NCBI GenBank assembly: GCA_016179185.1
Contig: JACORW010000101.1
Location: forward strand, 2,204-66,203
DNA length: 64,000 nt
Source of the DNA: Gammaproteobacteria bacterium
GTDB taxonomy: Bacteria > Pseudomonadota > Gammaproteobacteria > Eutrophobiales > Eutrophobiaceae
Reading direction: 5' to 3'
Positions within the stretch are counted from its first letter, which is position 1. Every line of letters starts with the position of its first letter. Under the pieces are notes generated by a model that was not told the DNA's origin, ran no database searches, and saw only the letters and a list, made by a program, of their open reading frames with translations. The translations under genes were made by a program, and so were the position numbers. Shown one piece after another: positions 1 through 7,011 of this stretch.

Positions 1-1
1 G

Positions 2-142
2 GGGAACACCTCCCCCGATCCCGCGAACGCGGCGCTGGACCGCGAAGGAGACGGCATCTTCCGCCGCACCCGCACACTGTCATTCGCTCCGCGGGACCAG
101 GGTCTCTGGTTGCGCGGCTTTCTGCCTCCGATACCCTTCTGA
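2..142 (+). CDS. 3' end of an unidentified CDS running off the window start (ends ...LWLRGFLPPIPF)
   Basis: Open frame from position 2 to the TGA at 140-142, with strong GC3 bias typical of coding DNA in this genome. No recognisable family. Confidence 0.25.
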   Translation, partial: GNTSPDPANAALDREGDGIFRRTRTLSFAPRDQGLWLRGFLPPIPF

Positions 143-154
143 GCCCGCCTCTCC

Positions 155-315
155 TTGCAGGGCTGAGTTTTGTGGGGCCGGGTTTTGTGGGGCCGGGTTT
201 ACCCGGCCATTCCATGCATCCCGGCCGGCTGAAAGCCGGCCCCACAGTAAACCCCCACAGGTCCGACGAACTTGTTGAACTGAGTTTTGTGGGGCCGGGT
301 TTACCCGGCCGTTGT
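155..315. repeat. REP family 1 cluster (units CCGGCCGGCTGAAAGCCGGCCCCACA / GTGGGGCCGGGTTTACCCGGCC), about 3 copies
   Basis: Direct reading: gagttttgtggggccgggttttgtggggccgggtttacccggcc ... cccggccggctgaaagccggccccacag ... gagttttgtggggccgggtttacccggcc. The same motifs recur at 10 or more loci in the window. Confidence 0.85.
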
Positions 316-426
316 TTTTTTGCTTGCTGAAGCGACCAGTGGGTATCGCCGTGCGATAAACCGCGACTTGCGCGCGCCCGGGGGAGCGTAGACTCCCGGC
401 CGCACCTCCCAGCGCGAGGCCGATCC

Positions 427-771
427 ATGCGCAATCCACGCTGCTTTTCAGCCGCTCTGCTAGTCATCGCGTCGCTGTTCTTTCTGCCGGGCGCAAGAGT
501 TGCGCTGGCGGTGGCAAAGTTAACCGGCGATCTTCCGCGCCGCGCCCATCCGGGGTTTACACCGGAGCCCGATGGCGATGTCATGAAGGTTACTGCGCTC
601 GTACCCGGCAGTCCGGCGGCGCGGGCCGGATTGAAAGACAGCGATCAAGTATTGCTCGTCAACGGGAAACCGGTGAGCAACCCACTTGCCGGCCTCGATC
701 TGCTGCGTCGGGCCGATGCTGCGCTGGCTGCGGGAGGTGGCCTTTGGACCCTGAGATGCAGGCAAAAGTGA
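427..771 (+). CDS. small secreted PDZ-domain protein
   Basis: N-terminal signal-peptide-like segment (LLVIASLFFLPGARVALA) followed by a PDZ-like core (VTALVPGSPAARAGLKDSDQVLLVNGKPV). Confidence 0.55.
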   Translation: MRNPRCFSAALLVIASLFFLPGARVALAVAKLTGDLPRRAHPGFTPEPDGDVMKVTALVPGSPAARAGLKDSDQVLLVNGKPVSNPLAGLDLLRRADAALAAGGGLWTLRCRQK

Positions 772-783
772 TATAATTCAGAG

Positions 784-981
784 ATGAAATTGGATCGCTC
801 CAAGGTGGCCATCAAGCGCCTTCACTCCACTGACGACGACGAATTCTCCCCGTTATCACCGGCAGAGCGCGTCCTGAGCGTCTGGCCACTCACCCGGGAA
901 ATCTGGCACCTCACCGCACCTGCGCATGCTGAACAAGGACTACAAAGAGATGTTGCAGTTGTTGTCCGACGAGGGTGCTGA
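784..981 (+). CDS. small hypothetical ORF overlapping the start of the downstream nucleotidyltransferase gene (possible partner/antitoxin; doubtful)
   Basis: 65-aa ORF in a different frame, overlapping 926-1378 by about 55 nt. No recognisable motif. Confidence 0.2.
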   Translation: MKLDRSKVAIKRLHSTDDDEFSPLSPAERVLSVWPLTREIWHLTAPAHAEQGLQRDVAVVVRRGC

Positions 982-1378
982 ATACTTCGTCGTTGGCGCC
1001 TACGCACTTGCCGCCCATGGCTATCCGCGTGCAACCGGCGATCTTGATATCTGCGTACGCGCGTCCGCGCACAACGCAAGCAAGGTCTATTCCGCCCTGC
1101 GCAAGTTCGGCGCTCCACTGGAACACCTGAAGGAACACGACCTGACATCCGAGGACCTGGTCTTCCAAATCGGCGTGGCCCCGACGCGCATTGACATCCT
1201 CACCGGCATTTCCGGCGTGGCGTTTGACGAAGCCGATGCGGACAAGTTATTTCTGGATATTGACGGACTACAAGTGCCGTTCATTTCCGTTGCCAAGCTG
1301 ATTCAGAACAAAGTCGCCACCGGCAGGCCCAAGGATATTGATGACGCCGCCAGGCTGCGCAAACTCCTGAAGTCCTGA
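926..1378 (+). CDS. minimal nucleotidyltransferase-fold protein (possible toxin-antitoxin-type NTase)
   Basis: GxYALAAHGYPRATGDLDI matches the NTase-fold signature [GS]x9-13 DxD. Size (~150 aa) is typical of stand-alone NTase toxin/antitoxin components. Confidence 0.55.
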   Translation: MLNKDYKEMLQLLSDEGAEYFVVGAYALAAHGYPRATGDLDICVRASAHNASKVYSALRKFGAPLEHLKEHDLTSEDLVFQIGVAPTRIDILTGISGVAFDEADADKLFLDIDGLQVPFISVAKLIQNKVATGRPKDIDDAARLRKLLKS

Positions 1379-1419
1379 GAGGAGCTGAGTGGGGTCGGAG
1401 CGCGTGCCCCGACCCCTGA

Positions 1420-1780
1420 TCCCATCCCGGCCGGCTGAACGCTGGCCCCACAAAAGTTTTGACACCACGGGGAAGCACCCACCATCGGAGAGGGATGTGG
1501 GGCCGGGTTCTGTGGGGCCGGGTTTACCCCGGCCATTCCCAACACCCTGGCCGGCTGAAGCGACCCACAGGATGTGGGAAATGCCGCGTGACGCCTACAT
1601 GGATGTAGGCGGTAGAGCGACGCAGGATGCCAAAGCCGAGGACAGGATGTCCGGAGCGGCCGGCCCCACAAAATTTCCGACCCCATGGGGAAGCACCCAA
1701 CATCAAAGACACTTGTGGGGCCGGGTTTACCCGGCCATGTTCAGGCCGGCATAAAGCCGGCCCCACATTTACACCACGAC
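1420..1780. repeat. REP family 1 cluster (several copies, both orientations)
   Basis: ccggccggctgaacgctggccccacaaaag, gtggggccgggttctgtggggccgggtttaccccggcc, ggccggccccacaaaatttcc, cttgtggggccgggtttacccggcc, ggccggcataaagccggccccacatt. Confidence 0.85.
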
Positions 1781-1868
1781 AAAATCTGCCGCAGTCAGAC
1801 CATCCACGTCTGAAGCAATCACCGCGAACTGCACCGCCGCCCCACCGCCGATCCCATCCGCGTCATAG

Positions 1869-2123
1869 AACAGGGCGCCGGTGCTGGTGTTGTTTTTCAA
1901 TACGTTCCAGGATCCGGTCGTGCGGCAGGACGGGTACAGTCTGCTGGGCGCGCGCCTGTCGTTCGAGACCCTCTCCCGGCGCTGGTATGGGGCCTTGTTC
2001 GCGAGCAATCTTCTGGACGAGTTATACGCCCAGACGATGATCCGGCAGGACCCCATCATCGGCAACCTGCGCTTCTGGGGCGCGCCGCGCACATACGGCA
2101 TCCAGATCGGCGTGCGGTATTGA
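1869..2123 (+). pseudogene. C-terminal remnant (~85 aa) of a TonB-dependent receptor, truncated upstream by an in-frame stop at 1866-1868
   Basis: The translation ...FASNLLDELYAQTM...GNLRFWGAPRTYGIQIGVRY* has the typical TBDR C-terminal beta-barrel ending (NxFDxxY ... RTYGxxxxxxF/Y). There is no upstream coding continuation. It is embedded between REP clusters next to the RAYT. Confidence 0.4.
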
Positions 2124-2133
2124 CATGCGCCAC

Positions 2134-2297
2134 TCGGCCGGCTGAAAGCCGGCCCCACAAGTTTACCCACAGTTCATCGCCACTCCTGTGGGGCCGGGTT
2201 TACCCGGCCATCTTCATACCCCGGCCGGCTGAAAGCCGGCGCCACAAGTTTACCCACAGTTCATCGCCACTCCTGTGGGGCCGGGTTTACCCGGCCA
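2134..2297. repeat. two tandem copies of an ~80-bp composite REP family 1 unit, immediately 3' of the RAYT gene
   Basis: ccggccggctgaaagccggc[cg]ccacaagtttacccacagttcatcgccactcctgtggggccgggtttacccggcc is present twice in direct orientation. Confidence 0.9.
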
Positions 2298-2770
2298 ATG
2301 TCACTGACCGTTTGTATCCACTCCAGCCATTTCGCATCCCACAACGGATAAACTCGAATATCCGAGACCAACCCCGCGCGCAGCGGATTGGCGACTATAT
2401 ATCGCGCAACTGTCGGCAAATCTTCTTCGTGCCGCAGCGCATGATCGTAGTATCCGCGTTGCCAAATTTTTCCCGATACACCTTTGGCACGATGGATTGC
2501 CCGGGTCGAACGACCCTTCAGCTTGCGCATGACATTTGACAGGGTGGCGTCCCTCCCAAGCTGGATGAGCCAATGCAAATGATCCGGCATCAGCACCCAT
2601 GCCATGGAATTCACCGCTCCGCACACGTGCAGCGCGCGCATTTCCCTGACCACCAGCCGGGCGACGATCAGGTCCGCGAACCATGGCGCCCGCCGTTCCG
2701 CGGTGGCCGTAACGAAGTAGAGCTGGTGTGGAATGGATACACGTCCTTTGCATAATTTGAAATATCCCAT
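2261..2770 (-). CDS. rayT: REP-associated tyrosine transposase (RAYT; IS200/IS605-like Y1 transposase)
   Basis: HxH motif (PDHLHWLIQ) and the C-terminal catalytic tyrosine region (IWQRGYYDHALR). An N-terminal YFVTA beta-strand is typical of RAYTs. AGGAGG lies 6 nt upstream of the ATG at 2770. The gene is flanked on both sides by doublets of REP family 1. The ORF-track extension to 2821 (MWGRLSAGR...) is a translation of the REP. Confidence 0.85.
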   Translation of the reverse strand: MGYFKLCKGRVSIPHQLYFVTATAERRAPWFADLIVARLVVREMRALHVCGAVNSMAWVLMPDHLHWLIQLGRDATLSNVMRKLKGRSTRAIHRAKGVSGKIWQRGYYDHALRHEEDLPTVARYIVANPLRAGLVSDIRVYPLWDAKWLEWIQTVSDIGRVNPAPQEWR

Positions 2771-2795
2771 CCATTGCCTCCTTGCCTGGATTCTC

Positions 2796-2935
2796 CGGCC
2801 GGCTGAAAGCCGGCCCCACAAGTTTACCCACAGTTCATCGCCACTCCTGTGGGGCCGGGTTTACCCGGCCATCTTCATGCCCCGGCCGGCTGCAAGCCGG
2901 CCCCACAAGTTTACCCACAGTTCATCCGACCCACA
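2796..2935. repeat. two tandem composite REP family 1 units immediately 5' of the RAYT gene
   Basis: Same ~80-bp unit as 2134-2297, in the same orientation. Confidence 0.9.
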
Positions 2936-2947
2936 GGACAATTGATC

Positions 2948-4462
2948 TCACTCCTCCATCGCATTGACGAGCTGGATGCCGTCTCGACGCGCGGTCGCCT
3001 GCCAGTAGTAGAACACCGGCACACCGGTGAGGATGATGATGAGACCGGGCCAGGTGATGGCCGGCTGGTAGATGAACAGCACGATCAGGATGATCGCGGC
3101 AAGAATGATGTACAGCGCCGGCACCCAGGGATAGCCCCAGGCCTTGTACGGCCGCGGAATGTCAGGCCGGCGGCGGCGCAACACGAACACGCCGAGGATC
3201 GTGAGGATGTAGAAGATGATCGCGGCGGACATCGTGTAGGTGAGCAGATCGCCGTACAGATTGCCGTAGCTCAGCGTGCCGTCGGCCGCGGTCTTCACCG
3301 TGCGCGGAAACACGAACACGGACGCCCAGGCGCCCTGATAGATCAATCCCCATGCCGGCACGCTATAGCGATTCAATTTCCCCACCGTGCGGAAGAACAG
3401 CCCGTCCCGGGCCATGGCGTAGTAGGCCCGCGCCCCGGACAGGATCAACCCGTTGTTGCAGCCGAAGGTCGCGATCAGGATCACAATCGCCATCAGCACT
3501 GCTCCGAAACCCGGGAACACGACCTCCGCCGTGGCCGAGGCCACGAGATCGCTCGGGATCTGCTGCATCGTCTCCAGCGGCAGCGTGGTCAGATACGCGA
3601 CATTGGCCAGCAGATAGAGCCCGATGACCAGCATGGTGCCGAAGGCCAGCGACAGCGGCACGTTGCGCCGCGGCTCCTTCACTTCGCCGGCCGTGAACGT
3701 GATCATGTTCCAGGCATCGGCGGAGAACAGGGAATTGGTCTGCGCAACGCAGACGGCGATGAACAGGCCGAAGGGCACGGCCAGCGCCGTGATGGACGGC
3801 CCCACTTCCTGCAATGTGCCGCGCACCGTCCACAGATCGGAGAAGTTCACCGCCACCGCGTCCGCTTGCCAGCCGAGCGTCACGCCAAGCAAGACCAGCG
3901 CCACCAATGCGCCGATCTTCGCGAACGTGAACAGATTCTGCACCAGCCTGCCCCAGCGCAGGCCGTAGGTGCTGATCCAGGTCAGCACGATGATCACCAG
4001 CAGCGCCACCAGTTGCACCGCCGACAGCGACACGGCGTACATGGATCCCAGATGGATCGGTGCCACCAGGTAATTCGATTCGGACACCGATGGGATCAAC
4101 ACGCCCAGGTACCGGGCAAATCCGATGGCCACGGCCGCGATGGTGCCCGCCTGGATCACCGCGAAAAACGTCCATCCATACAGAAATCCCCACAGCGGGG
4201 ACAGGGCTTCGCGCAAATAGATATATTGCCCACCCGCCTTGGGCATCATCGTCGCCAGCTCGCCGTAGCTCAGCGCCGCGGTGATGGTGAGCAACCCGGT
4301 GATGGCCCAGGCGACCAGCAACCAGCCGGGTGATCCAACCTGCCGGGCCATGTCCGCAGAGACGAGAAATATGCCGGAGCCGATCATGGAGCCGGCCACG
4401 ATCATCGTGGAATCCAGCAGGCCGAGCCCGCGGACGAGTCTGGGTTCGTCAGTCATCGTCAA
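2948..4462 (-). CDS. APC-family amino acid permease
   Basis: 504 aa with about 12 predicted TM segments and an N-terminal GSMIGSGIF motif characteristic of amino acid/polyamine/organocation transporters. Confidence 0.8.
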   Translation of the reverse strand: MTMTDEPRLVRGLGLLDSTMIVAGSMIGSGIFLVSADMARQVGSPGWLLVAWAITGLLTITAALSYGELATMMPKAGGQYIYLREALSPLWGFLYGWTFFAVIQAGTIAAVAIGFARYLGVLIPSVSESNYLVAPIHLGSMYAVSLSAVQLVALLVIIVLTWISTYGLRWGRLVQNLFTFAKIGALVALVLLGVTLGWQADAVAVNFSDLWTVRGTLQEVGPSITALAVPFGLFIAVCVAQTNSLFSADAWNMITFTAGEVKEPRRNVPLSLAFGTMLVIGLYLLANVAYLTTLPLETMQQIPSDLVASATAEVVFPGFGAVLMAIVILIATFGCNNGLILSGARAYYAMARDGLFFRTVGKLNRYSVPAWGLIYQGAWASVFVFPRTVKTAADGTLSYGNLYGDLLTYTMSAAIIFYILTILGVFVLRRRRPDIPRPYKAWGYPWVPALYIILAAIILIVLFIYQPAITWPGLIIILTGVPVFYYWQATARRDGIQLVNAMEE

Positions 4463-5408
4463 ACGCCGTCACGCATACCCCATTCTGGGTATGCGCTGCG
4501 TACAGCAAACCGTCAGTGTTGGATTGTGCGCAGAGGTTGCCATGGCAATCCACCGCAATCATGCCACCCTTGCCGCCGAGGATCGTCACGCGCTGATGGA
4601 TAACCTCGTTCATCGCCTCCCTCAACGCAAGTCCTTTCAGCTCCATCAGTGCGCAGACCCGGTACGCGGCCACCGATCGGATGAAAAATTCGCCCTGGCC
4701 CGTGGCGGACACACCGCACCAACGGCTGTCTGCATAGGTACCGGCTCCGATCAGCGGAGAATCCCCGACCCGCCCCGGAAGTTTGTTCAAGGTTCCGCCG
4801 GTGGAGGTGCCGGCGACAATCCGGCCATTGCGATCGCGCACTACACAACCCACGGTGCCGAACGTGCGGCCGGCCCCTTCCCGCGATCTCTGCGAGGGCG
4901 GCGCTGCATTCTGCAAGTTGCGCAGCCGCTCGCGCATGGCCGGCGTGACGAACCACGCCGGGCCGGCCTGCTCGATCCCCTGTTCCCGGGCAAACCGATC
5001 CGCGCCTTCGCCCTGCAGCAACACATGGCCGGATCGCTCCAGCACGGCGCGGGCGGCGCGGATGGGATTGCGCGCAGTCGCCACACCCGCGACCGCACCG
5101 GCGCCCAGATCATCTCCGCGCATGATCGCGGCGTCGAGCTCGACGTTGCCCTCGGCGGTCAGTGCCGAACCGCGGCCGGCATCGAACTCGGGACTGTCTT
5201 CGAGCATGACGATGGCGGCCTCCACTGCGTCCACGCCGCTGCCGTCCCTGTTCAGAATCTCCCCTGCCGCCCGCGCGGAGGCCGCGAGGGTCTTTTTGAT
5301 CTTCGTCACGACCGCTTCGTTGCGGCGCCGCTCCGCCGACAGAAACCCGCCATGGACGATCACGGCCCAGCCCGCGGATCCTCCCTCGACATGGCATCCT
5401 GCCGGCAT
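4449..5408 (-). CDS. iaaA: isoaspartyl peptidase / L-asparaginase (Ntn hydrolase, plant-type asparaginase family)
   Basis: HGGAG-like N-terminus (IVHGGF). The autoproteolytic GTVG threonine nucleophile sits in TFGTVGCVVRD, and a TSTGG motif follows. Start taken at the internal Met (MPAGCHVEGG). Confidence 0.75.
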   Translation of the reverse strand: MPAGCHVEGGSAGWAVIVHGGFLSAERRRNEAVVTKIKKTLAASARAAGEILNRDGSGVDAVEAAIVMLEDSPEFDAGRGSALTAEGNVELDAAIMRGDDLGAGAVAGVATARNPIRAARAVLERSGHVLLQGEGADRFAREQGIEQAGPAWFVTPAMRERLRNLQNAAPPSQRSREGAGRTFGTVGCVVRDRNGRIVAGTSTGGTLNKLPGRVGDSPLIGAGTYADSRWCGVSATGQGEFFIRSVAAYRVCALMELKGLALREAMNEVIHQRVTILGGKGGMIAVDCHGNLCAQSNTDGLLYAAHTQNGVCVTAFDDD

Positions 5409-5412
5409 GGGA

Positions 5413-5913
5413 TCAATCGCTGTTGTAATCCGGGATCCCGGCGGTGATTTCTTCGTTGCGCCGGGCAACCTCGCGGCGCATGTCGCGACGCATCGCCGCC
5501 GCCTCGTATAACTTGCGCTCGAACGTGGTGCTGATTTCCAGCGGCGGCGCCGGGATCGGTTTGCCGTCCTCGCCCATGGCCACCATCGTGAAGTAACAGG
5601 AGTTTGTGTGGCGCCGGGTCTTGCTGCGCAGATCCTCCGCCATCACCCTGACTCCGACCTCCATGGACGATTTGCCGACATAGTTCACATTGGCCCGGAA
5701 CGTCACGAGTTCGCCGACGCGGATCGGCTCCTTGAACGCAACCTGATCCAGCGACACTGTGACGACATAACTCTTGCAATAACGCGCCGCGCAGGCATAG
5801 GCCACCTGGTCGAGCAGCTTCAGCAATGCGCCGCCGTGCACGTTGCCGGCGAAGTTTGCCATCTCCGGCGTCATCAGCACGGTCATGTGCAGGGACTTTT
5901 CCTGAACTTCCAT
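5413..5913 (-). CDS. acyl-CoA thioesterase (hotdog fold, YciA-like)
   Basis: About 165 aa, with the NVHGG motif of YciA/Acot-type hotdog thioesterases (ANFAGNVHGGALLKLLDQVAYACAARY). Confidence 0.75.
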   Translation of the reverse strand: MEVQEKSLHMTVLMTPEMANFAGNVHGGALLKLLDQVAYACAARYCKSYVVTVSLDQVAFKEPIRVGELVTFRANVNYVGKSSMEVGVRVMAEDLRSKTRRHTNSCYFTMVAMGEDGKPIPAPPLEISTTFERKLYEAAAMRRDMRREVARRNEEITAGIPDYNSD

Positions 5914-5936
5914 GGACCTCCTCCTGATTAAGCCGA

Positions 5937-5975
5937 GTGGGGTCTGACCCCATTCGGGGTCAGACCCCCTGCTCA
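5937..5975. repeat. family 2 palindromic element (GGGGTCTGACCCC-ATTC-GGGGTCAGACCCC)
   Basis: gagtggggtctgaccccattcggggtcagaccccctgc between the thioesterase and cpdA genes. Confidence 0.9.
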
Positions 5976-5985
5976 GAGCTCCTGT

Positions 5986-6771
5986 TCAGATTCTTACCAC
6001 TCGAGTGCACAGCGCGCCGCCCGGGAGCAGTTCCAGCACCCGGAATCCCGGCGCCAGCGGATCCACCGCGTACTCACCGCTGCCCGGCGCGAATTGTACA
6101 CAGGTGGAGGGCGTGCCCAGCAGCGGAATGCCGTTGCGCTCCATGCTGAACTCCTGATGAATGTGCCCCCAGACCATGCCGCGCACATTATTATATGCAT
6201 CGGTGACGTTGAGTAATTCGGGGCCGTTGTCCAGGCCCATGGCATCCATCCACGGGCTGCCGACGGGCACGGGCTGGTGATGCAGGCAGATCAATACCGG
6301 CGTCTCCCCCGCCGCGGACAATTCCGAACCTGCAAACGCCAGTTCTTCCGGCGAAAATCGGCCGCGATCGCTGCCGGCCAGCCAGTCATTCAACATCAGC
6401 ACGCGCCAGCTGCCGAAATCCATGATACGCGAGGTGCTGACCGCGCCTGCGTTCATCAGGCGCGCCATCATCACCGGGTCGTCGTGATTTCCGGCCAGGC
6501 ACACCACCGGGCAATTGCGATCACGGAGCAACGCGAGCAGTCGCGCGTACGCTTCCGGGATGGGGATGTCCACCAGATCGCCGGTCAGCACCACGCAATC
6601 CGGGCGCTCCGGTTGTGCGTCCACGGCGTCCAGCACCGCGGCCAGCGTGGCCGCGGTGTCTACGCCCTCAAATACCGTCGGCCCGGGATCGCAGGCGATG
6701 TGCGTGTCGGTGATTTGAACCAGCCGGATGCGCGCCGGGTCCCGGGGATGTACACGCAGTGCATGCGTCAT
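5986..6771 (-). CDS. cpdA: 3',5'-cyclic-nucleotide phosphodiesterase CpdA (calcineurin-like metallophosphoesterase)
   Basis: Metallophosphoesterase motifs DTH (VQITDTHI), GDLVD, GNHD and GHIH. Start taken at MTHALRVHP. The upstream ORF extension runs through repeat elements and a duplicated copy of the 5' end. Confidence 0.8.
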   Translation of the reverse strand: MTHALRVHPRDPARIRLVQITDTHIACDPGPTVFEGVDTAATLAAVLDAVDAQPERPDCVVLTGDLVDIPIPEAYARLLALLRDRNCPVVCLAGNHDDPVMMARLMNAGAVSTSRIMDFGSWRVLMLNDWLAGSDRGRFSPEELAFAGSELSAAGETPVLICLHHQPVPVGSPWMDAMGLDNGPELLNVTDAYNNVRGMVWGHIHQEFSMERNGIPLLGTPSTCVQFAPGSGEYAVDPLAPGFRVLELLPGGALCTRVVRI

Positions 6772-7008
6772 TGAGCTGGGTGGGGTCTGACCCCGTTCGG
6801 GGTCAGACCCCCGCGTCGGCCCCGGATCGCAGGCGATGTGCGTGTCGGTGATTTGAACCAGCCGGATGCGCGCCGGGTCCCGGGGCTTCACATCCAGAGC
6901 TGGCTGGGGTCTGACCCCATTCGGGGTCAGACCCCTGTTTCGCGTCATAGTTTTGCCGCATGGTGCCGCATGGGGTCTGACCCCATTCGGGGCCAGACCC
7001 CTGCGTTT
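6690..7008. repeat. cluster of three family-2 palindromic elements (6783-6812, 6905-6940, 6968-7005). The first is flanked by a 62-bp or longer direct duplication of the cpdA 5' end (6696-6757 = 6820-6881)
   Basis: Direct reading: ggatcgcaggcgatgtgcgtgtcggtgatttgaaccagccggatgcgcgccgggtcccgggg occurs twice, separated by tgggtggggtctgaccccgttcggggtcagaccccc. Confidence 0.85.
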
Positions 7009-7011
7009 CGC

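Noticed and set aside
80-439. 119-aa minus-strand ORF (MDCAWIGLALGG...NPAPQN...)
   Set aside because: It lies entirely within a REP cluster, and its repeated GRVNPAPQN segments are translations of the REP unit. This is not a gene.
2849-4333. 494-aa plus-strand ORF
   Set aside because: Antisense to the APC permease gene. The translation is low-complexity and His/Arg/Gln/Gly-rich, typical of GC-rich antisense frames.
5986-6948. 320-aa version of cpdA
   Set aside because: The N-terminal 59 codons read through three palindromic elements and a duplicated copy of the gene's own 5' end. The start was assigned at the internal Met (6771), matching CpdA family length.
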